Origin: Candidatus Saccharimonadota bacterium
GTDB lineage: Bacteria > Patescibacteriota > Saccharimonadia > Saccharimonadales > Saccharimonadaceae
Assembly: GCA_017404325.1 (NCBI GenBank)
Contig: JAFRCO010000005.1
Span: forward strand, 3,495-67,494
Length of the DNA stretch: 64,000 nt
Direction of reading: 5' to 3'
Below, one piece after another: positions 17,966 to 27,200 of the stretch. Positions within the stretch are counted from its first letter, which is position 1; each line of letters begins with the position of its first letter. A program made the translations under genes and the position numbers. The notes below the pieces were generated by a model. The model worked only from the letters and a program-made list of their open reading frames with translations, did not search any database and had not been told where the DNA came from.

Positions 17966-19780
17966 ATGACTTTAAACAAAGATTTAATTCGGAATGTGGC
18001 GATTATTGCTCACGTTGATCATGGGAAAACGACTTTAGTCGACGGGCTTTTGAAGCAGTCGCATACTTTTCGCGATAATCAAGCCGAAATGAGTCAGACT
18101 CTAATTATGGATTCGATGGACCAGGAGCACGAGCGAGGAATCACAATTACAGCGAAGCAAACTTGCGTTTATTACAATGGTTATAAGATTAATATCATTG
18201 ATACGCCTGGACACGCAGACTTTTCAGGTGAGGTTGAACGAACTTTGAATATGGCGGATGGAGTGGTATTAATCGTAGACGCGCAAGAAGGACCGATGCC
18301 GCAAACTAAGTTCGTTTTATCAAAGGCTTTAGCTTTAGGCTTAAAACCGGTAGTCGTAATTAATAAAATCGACAAGCCAGCAGCACGTATTCCAGAAGTT
18401 TTGTCAGAAATTGAAAGTTTATTCTTAGAACTCGCGACGGATGAATCACAATTATTCTACCCAGTTTATTATGCGATTGCACGCGAAGGGCGAGCAGGTA
18501 AGACAACTGAACTTGATGATGATTTGCACGTCATTTTTGAATCGATTATTAACGATATCCCAGCGCCGTCGGTTGATTCCGATGCGGAGTCGGCAAAACT
18601 TCTCGTTGCGGCGCTCGCGGGCGATAATTATCTCGGAAAATATTGTATCGGGAAAATCTTTAGTGGAAAATTAAAGAAAAATCAGAGCGTAAAGATTTTA
18701 CATAATGGTGAAACAAAAAACGGCCGGATTGATAATCTGTTTGTTTATAAGGGACTTTCCAAAGAGGAGGTGCCGGAAGCAATCGCGGGGGACATCGTCG
18801 CAATTACGGGGGTTTCGGAAGCGAATATTGGCGATACAATTGCGACGGGCGACAATCCGGAAGCTTTACCAGGGATTGAACTCGAAGCGCCGACGCTTTC
18901 GATTTATATTGGACCAAATACTTCGCCATTAAAAGGACGTGAAGGCGAGTTTACGACTTCACGCCAAATTGCGGAAAGGCTAGAACGAGAACTCGAAACC
19001 AATATTGCGCTCAAAATCGAGCCGGATGGATTAGGCTATAAAGTCTCCGGACGAGGTGAATTGCATTTGTCGGTTTTAATCGAAACAATGCGACGTGAGG
19101 GCTATGAACTTGAAGTCGGGCGACCGGAAGTAGTTTTCCGAGAAATTGATGGTAAAAAATGTGAACCAATTGAAGATTTAACAATTGAAGTCGCGTCAGA
19201 ATTTGTTGGAGCGGTCAGCCAAGAACTCGGAATTAGAAAAGCAGAATTGACATCACAGGAAATTACAAGTTCTGGAGCAACTAGGTTTGTGTATGAGATT
19301 TCAACCGCAGCGTTAATTGGGTTGCGAAACAATTTATTGACCGAGACTAAGGGGACAGTAATTATGTCATCAATCCCGAGTGGATATCGTCCAGTTGAGG
19401 ATAAATATAAACCAGAAAGAAATGGTGCACTTGTTGCATTTGAAGACGGAGTATCAACAGCCTATGCACTTGATGCAACTCAAGCGCGTGGCATATTGTT
19501 TATTCCTCCTGGAGTACCAGTTTATCATGGTATGATTATCGGGCTTTCAAATAAAAAGGAAGATATTGATATTAATATTTGCCGTGAGAAACAATTAACT
19601 AATATGAGGACGCACGCATCGGATGGCGCAATTCAATTAACTCCTTATACACAATTATCGCTAGAACAGTGTTTGGATTTTCTTTTGGATGACGAATTAC
19701 TTGAGGTGACCCCGAAGTCTTTAAGGCTTAGAAAACGCCAACTCGATCCGATTAAAAGAAAACGCGAAAATCGAGCTTAA
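17966..19780 (+). CDS. typA: Translational GTPase TypA/BipA
   Basis: [30 protein letters not shown]-motifs and TypA-type C-terminal domain. ATG at 17966 lies 7 nt after TGGTATAAT. Confidence 0.9.
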   Translation: MTLNKDLIRNVAIIAHVDHGKTTLVDGLLKQSHTFRDNQAEMSQTLIMDSMDQEHERGITITAKQTCVYYNGYKINIIDTPGHADFSGEVERTLNMADGVVLIVDAQEGPMPQTKFVLSKALALGLKPVVVINKIDKPAARIPEVLSEIESLFLELATDESQLFYPVYYAIAREGRAGKTTELDDDLHVIFESIINDIPAPSVDSDAESAKLLVAALAGDNYLGKYCIGKIFSGKLKKNQSVKILHNGETKNGRIDNLFVYKGLSKEEVPEAIAGDIVAITGVSEANIGDTIATGDNPEALPGIELEAPTLSIYIGPNTSPLKGREGEFTTSRQIAERLERELETNIALKIEPDGLGYKVSGRGELHLSVLIETMRREGYELEVGRPEVVFREIDGKKCEPIEDLTIEVASEFVGAVSQELGIRKAELTSQEITSSGATRFVYEISTAALIGLRNNLLTETKGTVIMSSIPSGYRPVEDKYKPERNGALVAFEDGVSTAYALDATQARGILFIPPGVPVYHGMIIGLSNKKEDIDINICREKQLTNMRTHASDGAIQLTPYTQLSLEQCLDFLLDDELLEVTPKSLRLRKRQLDPIKRKRENRA

Positions 19781-19868
19781 TTATCCACAACCGTCCCTGT
19801 TATTTTATTAAAAAAACTTCGTAGTTCTTATTGTTATTTTCCACTATACTTGTTATACTTAAAATAGG

Positions 19869-22800
19869 GTGAAGAGTTTATTTTGGAGAGACGTTAAAAA
19901 CCCTAAAGTCATTTTGAAGCGAAAAATTTGCTTAGCAATGACCGTGTTTTTGCTTGCAATGATTAGGCTAAATGGCTCGGTTTTTGCTACCATCGACCCC
20001 AGTAATCGTTCAGCAACGCTTACTATACAGAACCAATCACAAGGCATCAATATAATACCTACCAACTTTAGCCAAGACTTGTATGTTAGTGCCATGCGTA
20101 CTTTGACGGTGAGTACGAGTAATTTGTCGGAATATAAGATTTTTGCCAACATACCATCTGGCGACACATCAGGTGGTAGTTTGATATTAGTTGGAGGAAA
20201 TTCTTCTAGCCCTTCGATCTCGCAAGTTAATGCCACGCCTAGCACGGCTAGTACGTTAAGTTCCGACAACTGGGGATTTGGTATTCCTAATACTACGACT
20301 GGTCTTCCGACCAACAACTTTAGTAACGCTTACACCGCTGGAACTCCGGCAATTAACAACACTTACTCTAGTTACGAAATTGGACCTAGTTATACTCTAA
20401 TTCGTTCGGTCACAAATTCTTCCGGCAGTGATAGTTTTAATTTGTATTATGGCTTTAGGCTCGGTACTGATGTTCAATCTCATCCGGGAACTTATCAAAC
20501 CAATGTACAGTATCATATCGTAGGAAATGCTAGTAACGTAGCGGGCGGCGAAGCTACGATTTCACCAACTTCAGGACCAAAGGCCGGTGGCCAAACCGTC
20601 ACTATTACTACTTCGATGTTGACTGATTTTGTGCCGTCTGATTTGAATGTAACGATTGGTGGAAATACATGTACTTCACCAAGCGGTAGCGTAAGCACTG
20701 GTGTCTTAGTAATTACTTGTACTACACCGCGTCATTATCCAGAGCCAACCAATGTAGTTGTTAATATTAATTCGCTCGGTCAGAGCTATACGATAACGAA
20801 TGGATATGAATTTATTGAAACCGGAGAAGTAAAACTTACTAATATTAGCTACGTATCGGGTATTAACGTCGACGGAACCCCAAGCCCCTCGATTGACCAA
20901 AATACCGGTGCGATTGATTTCGATTTAACTTTCCTCGGTGGTCTTGATAATACAGACACTTTGCAGGCGACATACCAATTAACTCTTTCGAATACTACAG
21001 ATGATCCTTATACTTTCACAGCGCCAGCTTCAAACTTGAAGCTTCGTATTTCACAGAATGAAGTGCGCGATATAACTTATGAACTAAGTGGGATTGCGGT
21101 TGGCGATACGATACCGGCTAATTCTACTGTTACATTTAGAGTAATTTTAAGCGCTGATTATGTTTCGGGCTCGCACAGCGCGGAAGGCGGGATGGAAGTT
21201 GAACCAGAAAGCCAAAAGAACCCGCTCATCACTGGTAGTATTCATGGCAGTAACACCGGCGACCTATCAGGAAATAATACTTTAACCCAATTCCAGATTG
21301 ATGTAGAAAGTACCTTTGATGAATCAAAAACCTTCACAATTAATACTCTTAACTCGGATTTCGAAATCGTAAATTCGAGTGGTAATGCTTTAGGGGCTCA
21401 AACCATAGCAGCTAATACTACTGGCACCTATACGTTCTATATGAAGAAGGCTAATGGGGCAGCGTTCGCGTCCGAGACTGCTTCGGCCGGAATTACGATT
21501 TCTTACGATAGCACCTATTCGAATGTTGGCGAAGCACATATTACTGTCGATAAGGATCCAACTTATATCGATACTCAGAAGCCGCAGGTTAGCGGAGTGA
21601 CTATTACAAAGAATAAAACTACCCAAGGCGAGGCCACTTTGACTTGGACTGGTACTGACAATGTTAGAATGGCGCGTTACGAAATCTATAAATGCAACGC
21701 TACAAATTCGACTTGTGACAATAATGTAATTTCTGTGAGTTGGATGACAACTTCATATACCTTTACTGGGTTGGGTGAAGGCAATTATTATTTCACAGTA
21801 GTTGGCTTTGATGATGAGGGTAATACTGCCGACCAGTCCGAAATAACTGGCGCAACTACAAACCCAGGTCCGGCTTCGAAAACAGACGATACGGAATTAA
21901 GATGGACATATAATGTAACTGCCTCTATTACTGATGGTACTATTTCGCATACATCTGGCACTCAGATTATAGCCGGTGGGACTTACCAGGGTAAAATAAC
22001 GCCAAACAGTGCTACTTGGACAGCAACTTATAGCTTACCATCCAGTATTACAGTAATCATGGATGGGACAACACTTAATTCTTCGCAGTATACTTATACA
22101 CGTAGCGGCACTAATGCTGGTAACGTGAGAATCGATAACGTGAATGGAGATATTAGGATAGAAGCCACGATGGACAGCCAAGCGTGTCTAGTCGAAGGGA
22201 CGCTAGTTACTTTGGCTGACGGGACAACTAAACCGATTGAAGAAATAACCTATGCGGACGAACTTAAAGTTTGGGATTATAACATTGGAGATGTTGGAGT
22301 TGAACGTCCGGCTTGGATAGAGAAGATTAGGACGGCTTCTTACTACCAGCTAACAAGATTTAGCGATGGTACAGAACTTAAGACTTATGGTTGGCATGGT
22401 GTGTTTGATGTAGATAATAATGAATTCATCTCAGTAGATAATCCGGATAGATTCTATCCAGGTGTCAGAATTTATAAAGTCATAGACGATCAACTAGTAC
22501 CAGTTACCGTAATTAGCACCGAAAAAGTTGAAGAAAGGGTCAATGTTTTCCATGTAGTGTCGAGACAATACTATAACATTGTGGCTGATAATGTTCTAAC
22601 GACAGATGGTACAGTGATGTTGTCTAACTTATATGGATTTGAGGAAAATATTAAATGGCCGAACTTGCGCGATCAGATTATCTCGGATCCGAATAACTTA
22701 TATACTTATGCCGACTTTGAAGATATCGGAATGCCAGAAAGAATGTTTAATGAACTCCGTGTAGCTGAAGGTAAGTATCTCTATACTAAATATGGTTTGA

Positions 22801-22877
22801 CGCTCGAGCGATTTAAGAAATACTTACTCGCCAACCAGCTCAATCCGAATATGTGGCTACCGTACGACGATGAATAA
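19869..22877 (+). CDS. Large surface protein: N-terminal beta-sandwich domain (paralogous to 27184-28749), IPT/TIG-like and fibronectin-III-like domains, C-terminal Hint (bacterial intein-like) domain plus ~90-aa tail
   Basis: Signal peptide. IPT-like ATISPTSGPKAGGQTVTITT ... VTIGGNTCTSP. FN3-like EATLTWTGTDNV..YEIYKC ... YYFTVVGFDDEGN. Hint block A CLVEGTLVTLADGT starts at nt 22185, with a later VFHVVSRQYYNIVADNVLT block. The start (GTG 19869 versus ATG 19938) is uncertain. Confidence 0.75.
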   Translation: MKSLFWRDVKNPKVILKRKICLAMTVFLLAMIRLNGSVFATIDPSNRSATLTIQNQSQGINIIPTNFSQDLYVSAMRTLTVSTSNLSEYKIFANIPSGDTSGGSLILVGGNSSSPSISQVNATPSTASTLSSDNWGFGIPNTTTGLPTNNFSNAYTAGTPAINNTYSSYEIGPSYTLIRSVTNSSGSDSFNLYYGFRLGTDVQSHPGTYQTNVQYHIVGNASNVAGGEATISPTSGPKAGGQTVTITTSMLTDFVPSDLNVTIGGNTCTSPSGSVSTGVLVITCTTPRHYPEPTNVVVNINSLGQSYTITNGYEFIETGEVKLTNISYVSGINVDGTPSPSIDQNTGAIDFDLTFLGGLDNTDTLQATYQLTLSNTTDDPYTFTAPASNLKLRISQNEVRDITYELSGIAVGDTIPANSTVTFRVILSADYVSGSHSAEGGMEVEPESQKNPLITGSIHGSNTGDLSGNNTLTQFQIDVESTFDESKTFTINTLNSDFEIVNSSGNALGAQTIAANTTGTYTFYMKKANGAAFASETASAGITISYDSTYSNVGEAHITVDKDPTYIDTQKPQVSGVTITKNKTTQGEATLTWTGTDNVRMARYEIYKCNATNSTCDNNVISVSWMTTSYTFTGLGEGNYYFTVVGFDDEGNTADQSEITGATTNPGPASKTDDTELRWTYNVTASITDGTISHTSGTQIIAGGTYQGKITPNSATWTATYSLPSSITVIMDGTTLNSSQYTYTRSGTNAGNVRIDNVNGDIRIEATMDSQACLVEGTLVTLADGTTKPIEEITYADELKVWDYNIGDVGVERPAWIEKIRTASYYQLTRFSDGTELKTYGWHGVFDVDNNEFISVDNPDRFYPGVRIYKVIDDQLVPVTVISTEKVEERVNVFHVVSRQYYNIVADNVLTTDGTVMLSNLYGFEENIKWPNLRDQIISDPNNLYTYADFEDIGMPERMFNELRVAEGKYLYTKYGLTLERFKKYLLANQLNPNMWLPYDDE

Positions 22878-22880
22878 ATA

Positions 22881-22889
22881 TGGTATAAT
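22881..22889 (+). promoter_or_regulatory. Extended -10 (TGGTATAAT) 6 nt upstream of the tatD ATG (leaderless)
   Basis: Sequence match; no SD. Confidence 0.6.
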
Positions 22890-22895
22890 TCAGGC

Positions 22896-23636
22896 ATGTT
22901 AATTGATTCACATTGTCACTTACACGACCGAGAGTTTTTCTCTGCGAAACAAGCTGAGGAAATGATAAAACGCGCTCATGGAAAAGGCGTTGAAAAGATT
23001 ATCTGCATTGGGACCGACCCGAAAGATTCTTTAGTAGCATGTGATTTTGCTAATTCGCATGATGGGGTTTATTGGACCTACGGAACACACCCCGAATATA
23101 CTACGAGTTTGTCTCGCTCGGGGGCGCGTATAAACCAGCGAGATAAACTTGTAGCCATTGGCGAAGTAGGTCTAGATTATCATTATGAGGACTATGATCG
23201 GGAAGCGCAGATTAAGTTGTTTGAGGAAATGTTGCAGCTCGCGATGGATAATGATTTACCAGTCTCATTTCATGTGCGTGAAGCTTTTCCAGATTTCTTT
23301 GCAGTTGTAAATAACTTTCCGAAAGTACGCGGCGTGGTACATTCTTTTACCGATAGTAAAAAAGTTTTGAAACGAATTCTAAATGAAACAGATTTTTATG
23401 TCGGAGTGAATGGACTGGCGACTTATTCGACTTTGCCTACTCCGCCATTAGAGAGGATTCTGCTAGAAACAGATGCGCCATTTCTAGCACCGGTTCCATA
23501 CCGAGGAGAAACGAACGAACCGGCTTACATCGCCGATATTGCAAAGTGGTTAGCGGAAAAGTTGGAGGTATCTGTAAAAGAGGTAGCAAAAACTACTACC
23601 GAGAATGTTTCTACTCTGTTTAGATTGACTTTTTAA
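22896..23636 (+). CDS. tatD: TatD-family metal-dependent hydrolase/DNase
   Basis: MLIDSHCHL N-terminus, GEVGLDY, HSF, ETDAP motifs. Confidence 0.85.
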   Translation: MLIDSHCHLHDREFFSAKQAEEMIKRAHGKGVEKIICIGTDPKDSLVACDFANSHDGVYWTYGTHPEYTTSLSRSGARINQRDKLVAIGEVGLDYHYEDYDREAQIKLFEEMLQLAMDNDLPVSFHVREAFPDFFAVVNNFPKVRGVVHSFTDSKKVLKRILNETDFYVGVNGLATYSTLPTPPLERILLETDAPFLAPVPYRGETNEPAYIADIAKWLAEKLEVSVKEVAKTTTENVSTLFRLTF

Positions 23637-23643
23637 GGTTTTC

Positions 23644-23652
23644 GTGATATAA
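23644..23652 (+). promoter_or_regulatory. Extended -10 (TGATATAAT) 6 nt upstream of an ATG that opens a 16-codon ORF ahead of the 23788 gene
   Basis: Sequence match. Confidence 0.45.
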
Positions 23653-23787
23653 TTAAAGGATGGACGAAAATAAGCAATTCTTTAGAATTCCGATGATAGG
23701 CAGAAATGAGGCCTATAGTTTTGAGGCTACTAATGAAAGCTTTAAGCTCTATGAAGAATTGAACGCAATCAATGAGGAGATCGAAAA

Positions 23788-24147
23788 ATGTCGCTTAAGG
23801 AATTGCTAACTACTCTTAGAAATCCACGTTACTCAAATAAGTTGAGTTATGATGATTTAGTAAATGCAGAGTCTGAGCTCGGGAGAACGCTTTTTGGACC
23901 GATACCGGTTGGACACAATCGGGAGTTTTTCAAACACAAAGGCAATGTTTGGATTTGGCATGAAGATTGGTCAGATGCGTTTGGGAAGATACAAGACATG
24001 ACTATTCGTTATGAAGTAAGGCCAGAGGGAGTCTTTAAAAAAGTCACAGGAGCGCCGTATGTAAAAATCAAGGGCGCAGAACTTGAAAATTTTTGTCAGG
24101 CGGCGAAAAACTATCTTGAGCTTGTAAAAACAAAACTCTATTGCTAA
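23788..24147 (+). CDS. Hypothetical protein (119 aa)
   Basis: Good SD (GAGGAG, 8 nt spacer). No recognisable motif. Confidence 0.5.
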   Translation: MSLKELLTTLRNPRYSNKLSYDDLVNAESELGRTLFGPIPVGHNREFFKHKGNVWIWHEDWSDAFGKIQDMTIRYEVRPEGVFKKVTGAPYVKIKGAELENFCQAAKNYLELVKTKLYC

Positions 24148-24156
24148 AATGGGGGT

Positions 24157-24588
24157 ATGAAAAAGAAGCAAATTATCTCAATTATTGTTTTCGTTATTGG
24201 ATTAATTGCGCTAATTGTCGGCGCGATTTTTTTAATTCTTGATTTAACTAAGGGAGTCTCGCTTCAAGATGGTGAGTATTTAGTCTCGGTAGATAGTTGG
24301 ACGAGGGAAGATGAACCTGATGTAGTTTGGGTATTCACGGAAATTGGAAAAGGGAAATTGACAACCAATAATTATAAAAATACCTATGATTTCATTTGGG
24401 CGATTGATGGAAATAAAATCAAAATTGAGACAGACTGGTTATACACCCTAAACGATGAGTTTGAATACAGGATTGATAACGGAAACTTAATTTTAACTCA
24501 GGACGACTCAACCGAGATCAAGTTCAACCCCACAAGTAGCGTTGATGCCGAGATTCGCGAGAACGACGAACTCGTCGTCGGAGATTAA
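24157..24588 (+). CDS. Hypothetical membrane-anchored protein (143 aa)
   Basis: N-terminal TM helix IISIIVFVIGLIALIVGAIFLIL. SD-like GGGGG just upstream. The 3' end overlaps the convergent DUF1846 gene by 81 nt. Confidence 0.45.
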   Translation: MKKKQIISIIVFVIGLIALIVGAIFLILDLTKGVSLQDGEYLVSVDSWTREDEPDVVWVFTEIGKGKLTTNNYKNTYDFIWAIDGNKIKIETDWLYTLNDEFEYRIDNGNLILTQDDSTEIKFNPTSSVDAEIRENDELVVGD

Positions 24589-25971
24589 GTGGGTTGCATG
24601 AAGTTCGGCACCTCTTAGTTTTTCGACACTCTCTAAAGCTTTTTTCACGGTCGGGTTAGTGGTCGAACAAATTGAAAGTGCGATCAAGACTTCATCGAGA
24701 TTAAGTTGTTTTCTAGCAAAATTCGAGACTTGATTTTTTATATCAAGGATTGGCTTTAAAATAGTCGGGGCGATTAAGTCGACCTCGTCCGGAATTTTAG
24801 TTAAAACTTTAATCGTATTTAAGAAAGTACTGGAGACTGGGGAAAGATAGTCGGTTTTTCGACCGACAATATACTTCTTCCCAATACCAATACAGGCCGC
24901 CGGTTTATCACCAGCTTTCTTGCGTTTTTCTTCAGCTTTTTCAATAACCGGGCGATCAGCCTCGGAAATTCCTAGTTCGTTCATGAGCATTTTAATACGC
25001 TTCGGGACTTTTTCGTCTACTAAACCTTTTTTTAGATCGGTCAAGGCGCGCAGATAGCGACGAATAATTTCATCTTTAGCAGCGCGCTGCACAGCGACGT
25101 CGTCTGTAATACATTGTCCGATGACATTAACGCCCATGTCGGTCGGGGAATTATATATACTTTTTCCAGAAATGCGAGTTAATATTTCTTTTAAAACCGG
25201 GAAAGTTTCGAGGTCACGATTGTAATTCACAGCCGAAATACCATATTTTTCAAGATGAAAATTATCAATCATGTTTTTATCATTTAAATCCGCAGTTGCG
25301 GCTTCGTAGGCGATATTGACTGGATGTTTTAAGGGTAAATCCCAAACCGGGAAGGTTTCAAACTTTGCATAACCTACTTTCTTCCCACGCTTTGACTCGT
25401 GGTAAAGCTGAGACAGGCTAGTTGCGAGTTTTCCGGAACCAGGACCGGGAGCTGAAACTATAACGAGCGGTTTAGTGGTTTTAATATATGGATTAGCACC
25501 ATAGCCCTCGTCGGACACAATCGTATCAACATCGGTCGGATAACCTTTTGTAAAAGTGTGGAAATAGGTCTCAACTTTGTAGTCTTTAAGTTTTTTGGCA
25601 AAATCCTCAGCTTTTTTCTGACCATTAAATAGAGTAATCACTACTGAGCTGACCGTAATACCTTTCGCGCGTAAGAATTCAATTAGTCTTAGAACCTCAC
25701 TTTCATAAGTAATCATGTGGTCAGCACGAATTTTGGCTTTTTCAATTGCGTCTGCGTTGATACAAAGAATCACCTCAGCGCGATCTTTAAATTCCTGGAG
25801 GAGTCGAATTTTTAAATCCGGGAGATAGCCGGGAAGTGTGCGTGCTGCATGTTGGTCGTCAATTAATTTACCGCCGAATTCGAGATAGAGTTTATCAAAC
25901 ATCCGAATTCGTTCGTTAATCTTTTTTTTCTGAATTTTTAAATACTTTCTGGCATCAAAGCACCGTTTCAT
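24508..25971 (-). CDS. UPF0371/DUF1846 family protein
   Basis: Family-typical blocks KLYLEFGGKL.DD.HAAR.LPGY, APGPGSGKLAT, GYAKFETFPVWDLPL.HPVN.AYEAATADL, SPTDMGVN. SD GGAGG. Confidence 0.85.
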   Translation of the reverse strand: MKRCFDARKYLKIQKKKINERIRMFDKLYLEFGGKLIDDQHAARTLPGYLPDLKIRLLQEFKDRAEVILCINADAIEKAKIRADHMITYESEVLRLIEFLRAKGITVSSVVITLFNGQKKAEDFAKKLKDYKVETYFHTFTKGYPTDVDTIVSDEGYGANPYIKTTKPLVIVSAPGPGSGKLATSLSQLYHESKRGKKVGYAKFETFPVWDLPLKHPVNIAYEAATADLNDKNMIDNFHLEKYGISAVNYNRDLETFPVLKEILTRISGKSIYNSPTDMGVNVIGQCITDDVAVQRAAKDEIIRRYLRALTDLKKGLVDEKVPKRIKMLMNELGISEADRPVIEKAEEKRKKAGDKPAACIGIGKKYIVGRKTDYLSPVSSTFLNTIKVLTKIPDEVDLIAPTILKPILDIKNQVSNFARKQLNLDEVLIALSICSTTNPTVKKALESVEKLRGAELHATHLISDDEFVVLANLGINATCGVELDLG

Positions 25972-26051
25972 TTAACCTCCTTACATAAAAAAATTATATC
26001 ATGCATATTGAAATGCTAAAATTTTTAGCATTTTTATTTTTGGGAGTTTTA

Positions 26052-26060
26052 TGTTATAAT
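26052..26060 (+). promoter_or_regulatory. Extended -10 (TGTTATAAT) 6 nt upstream of the cysteine desulfurase ATG (leaderless)
   Basis: Sequence match; no SD. Confidence 0.6.
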
Positions 26061-26066
26061 ATTTTT

Positions 26067-27200
26067 ATGATTTATCTGGATCATGCGGCAGCTACGCCAG
26101 TTTCGGAAAAAGTTTTTGAGGCAATGAAGCCATATTTTTCTGATGACTTTTTTAATCCGTCGGCGGCATATCTACCGGCGAAAAAGATAGCCTCAGATTA
26201 TGAAAATGCGAAGGCCGTAATCGCGCATGCAATTGGGGCGAAAGCTTCCGATTTAATTATTACTGCCGGAGCAACTGAAGCAAATAATCTCGCGTTCACT
26301 GCAACAAATGGCGAGATATTATATCTTGAAACGGAACATGATTCGGTTCGAAGAGTAGCTGAAAAATATGGCGGTAAAATTATAAGGGTTTTGCCGAGTG
26401 GCCTAATTGATCTAAAAGATTTGAAATCAAAGATTACGGATAAAACTGAGCTAATTTCGGTTTCTTTAGTTAATAATGAGCTTGGGACAATCCAGCCCTT
26501 AGCAGAAGTCGCTGGGATTATTCGCGAAGTAAAGTTAGATCGAATGAAACGGGGAATTAAAACTGGGTTATTATTACATTCTGATGCTTCTCAAGCTTTG
26601 AACTTATTAGATATAAATGTTTCGCGGCTCGGCATTGATTTATTGACCTTAAATGCGGCGAAGGTGTATGGCCCGAAAGGCGTTGGAGCACTTTATGTTT
26701 CACATGACGCACGATTAAAACCTTTGACATATGGTGGTGGTCAGGAAAATGGGTTAAGATCGGGAACCGAGAATGTTCCCGGAGTAATCGGATTCGCCAA
26801 AGCAGTTGAACTAGCAAAGAAACATCTAAACGCGAATCGGAAAAAATATACTGAATGGAAGAAGACCTTATTATCTGAATTAAAAGATTACGAACTTATC
26901 AACAAAAAGCATGCGCTTGACAATTTTATAGTTTTATGCTATAATGGTATAGATGCGGAACGATTAGTGTTCCTTCTTGAAGAAAAGGAAGTATATGTAG
27001 CAACTGGGGCAGCTTGTGCGGCTTCTAAAGGCGTCCGCTCACACGTTTTAAAGGCGATTGGGTTAACTGACGAACAAATCGCGGGTTCGTTAAGGATTAC
27101 ATTTGGCGAGACGAACGACGAAGAACAAATACATGAAGCTGCTAAGATTATTAACGACGTAGTTAAAACAGAGCGCGCTAGAATTACTGCGTGTTCTTAG
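26067..27200 (+). CDS. Cysteine desulfurase (NifS/IscS-like class V aminotransferase)
   Basis: IYLDHAAATP start, HSDASQA, PLP-lysine context NAAKVYGPKG, RSGTEN, active-site Cys in ATGAACAAS. ATG at 26067 lies 6 nt after TGTTATAAT. Confidence 0.85.
   Translation: MIYLDHAAATPVSEKVFEAMKPYFSDDFFNPSAAYLPAKKIASDYENAKAVIAHAIGAKASDLIITAGATEANNLAFTATNGEILYLETEHDSVRRVAEKYGGKIIRVLPSGLIDLKDLKSKITDKTELISVSLVNNELGTIQPLAEVAGIIREVKLDRMKRGIKTGLLLHSDASQALNLLDINVSRLGIDLLTLNAAKVYGPKGVGALYVSHDARLKPLTYGGGQENGLRSGTENVPGVIGFAKAVELAKKHLNANRKKYTEWKKTLLSELKDYELINKKHALDNFIVLCYNGIDAERLVFLLEEKEVYVATGAACAASKGVRSHVLKAIGLTDEQIAGSLRITFGETNDEEQIHEAAKIINDVVKTERARITACS

Noticed and set aside
22185-22610. A true protein-splicing intein inside the 19869 gene
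   Set aside because: The Hint-like domain lacks the terminal His-Asn and a +1 Cys/Ser/Thr. It is not inserted in a conserved host protein, and there is no homing endonuclease domain. It is better described as a BIL/Hint autoprocessing domain.
23659-24147. Extending the 23788 ORF upstream to the leaderless ATG at 23659, which is in the same frame
   Set aside because: In-frame stops occur at 23707-23709 (TGA), with several more before 23788. Fusion would need two compensating frameshifts.
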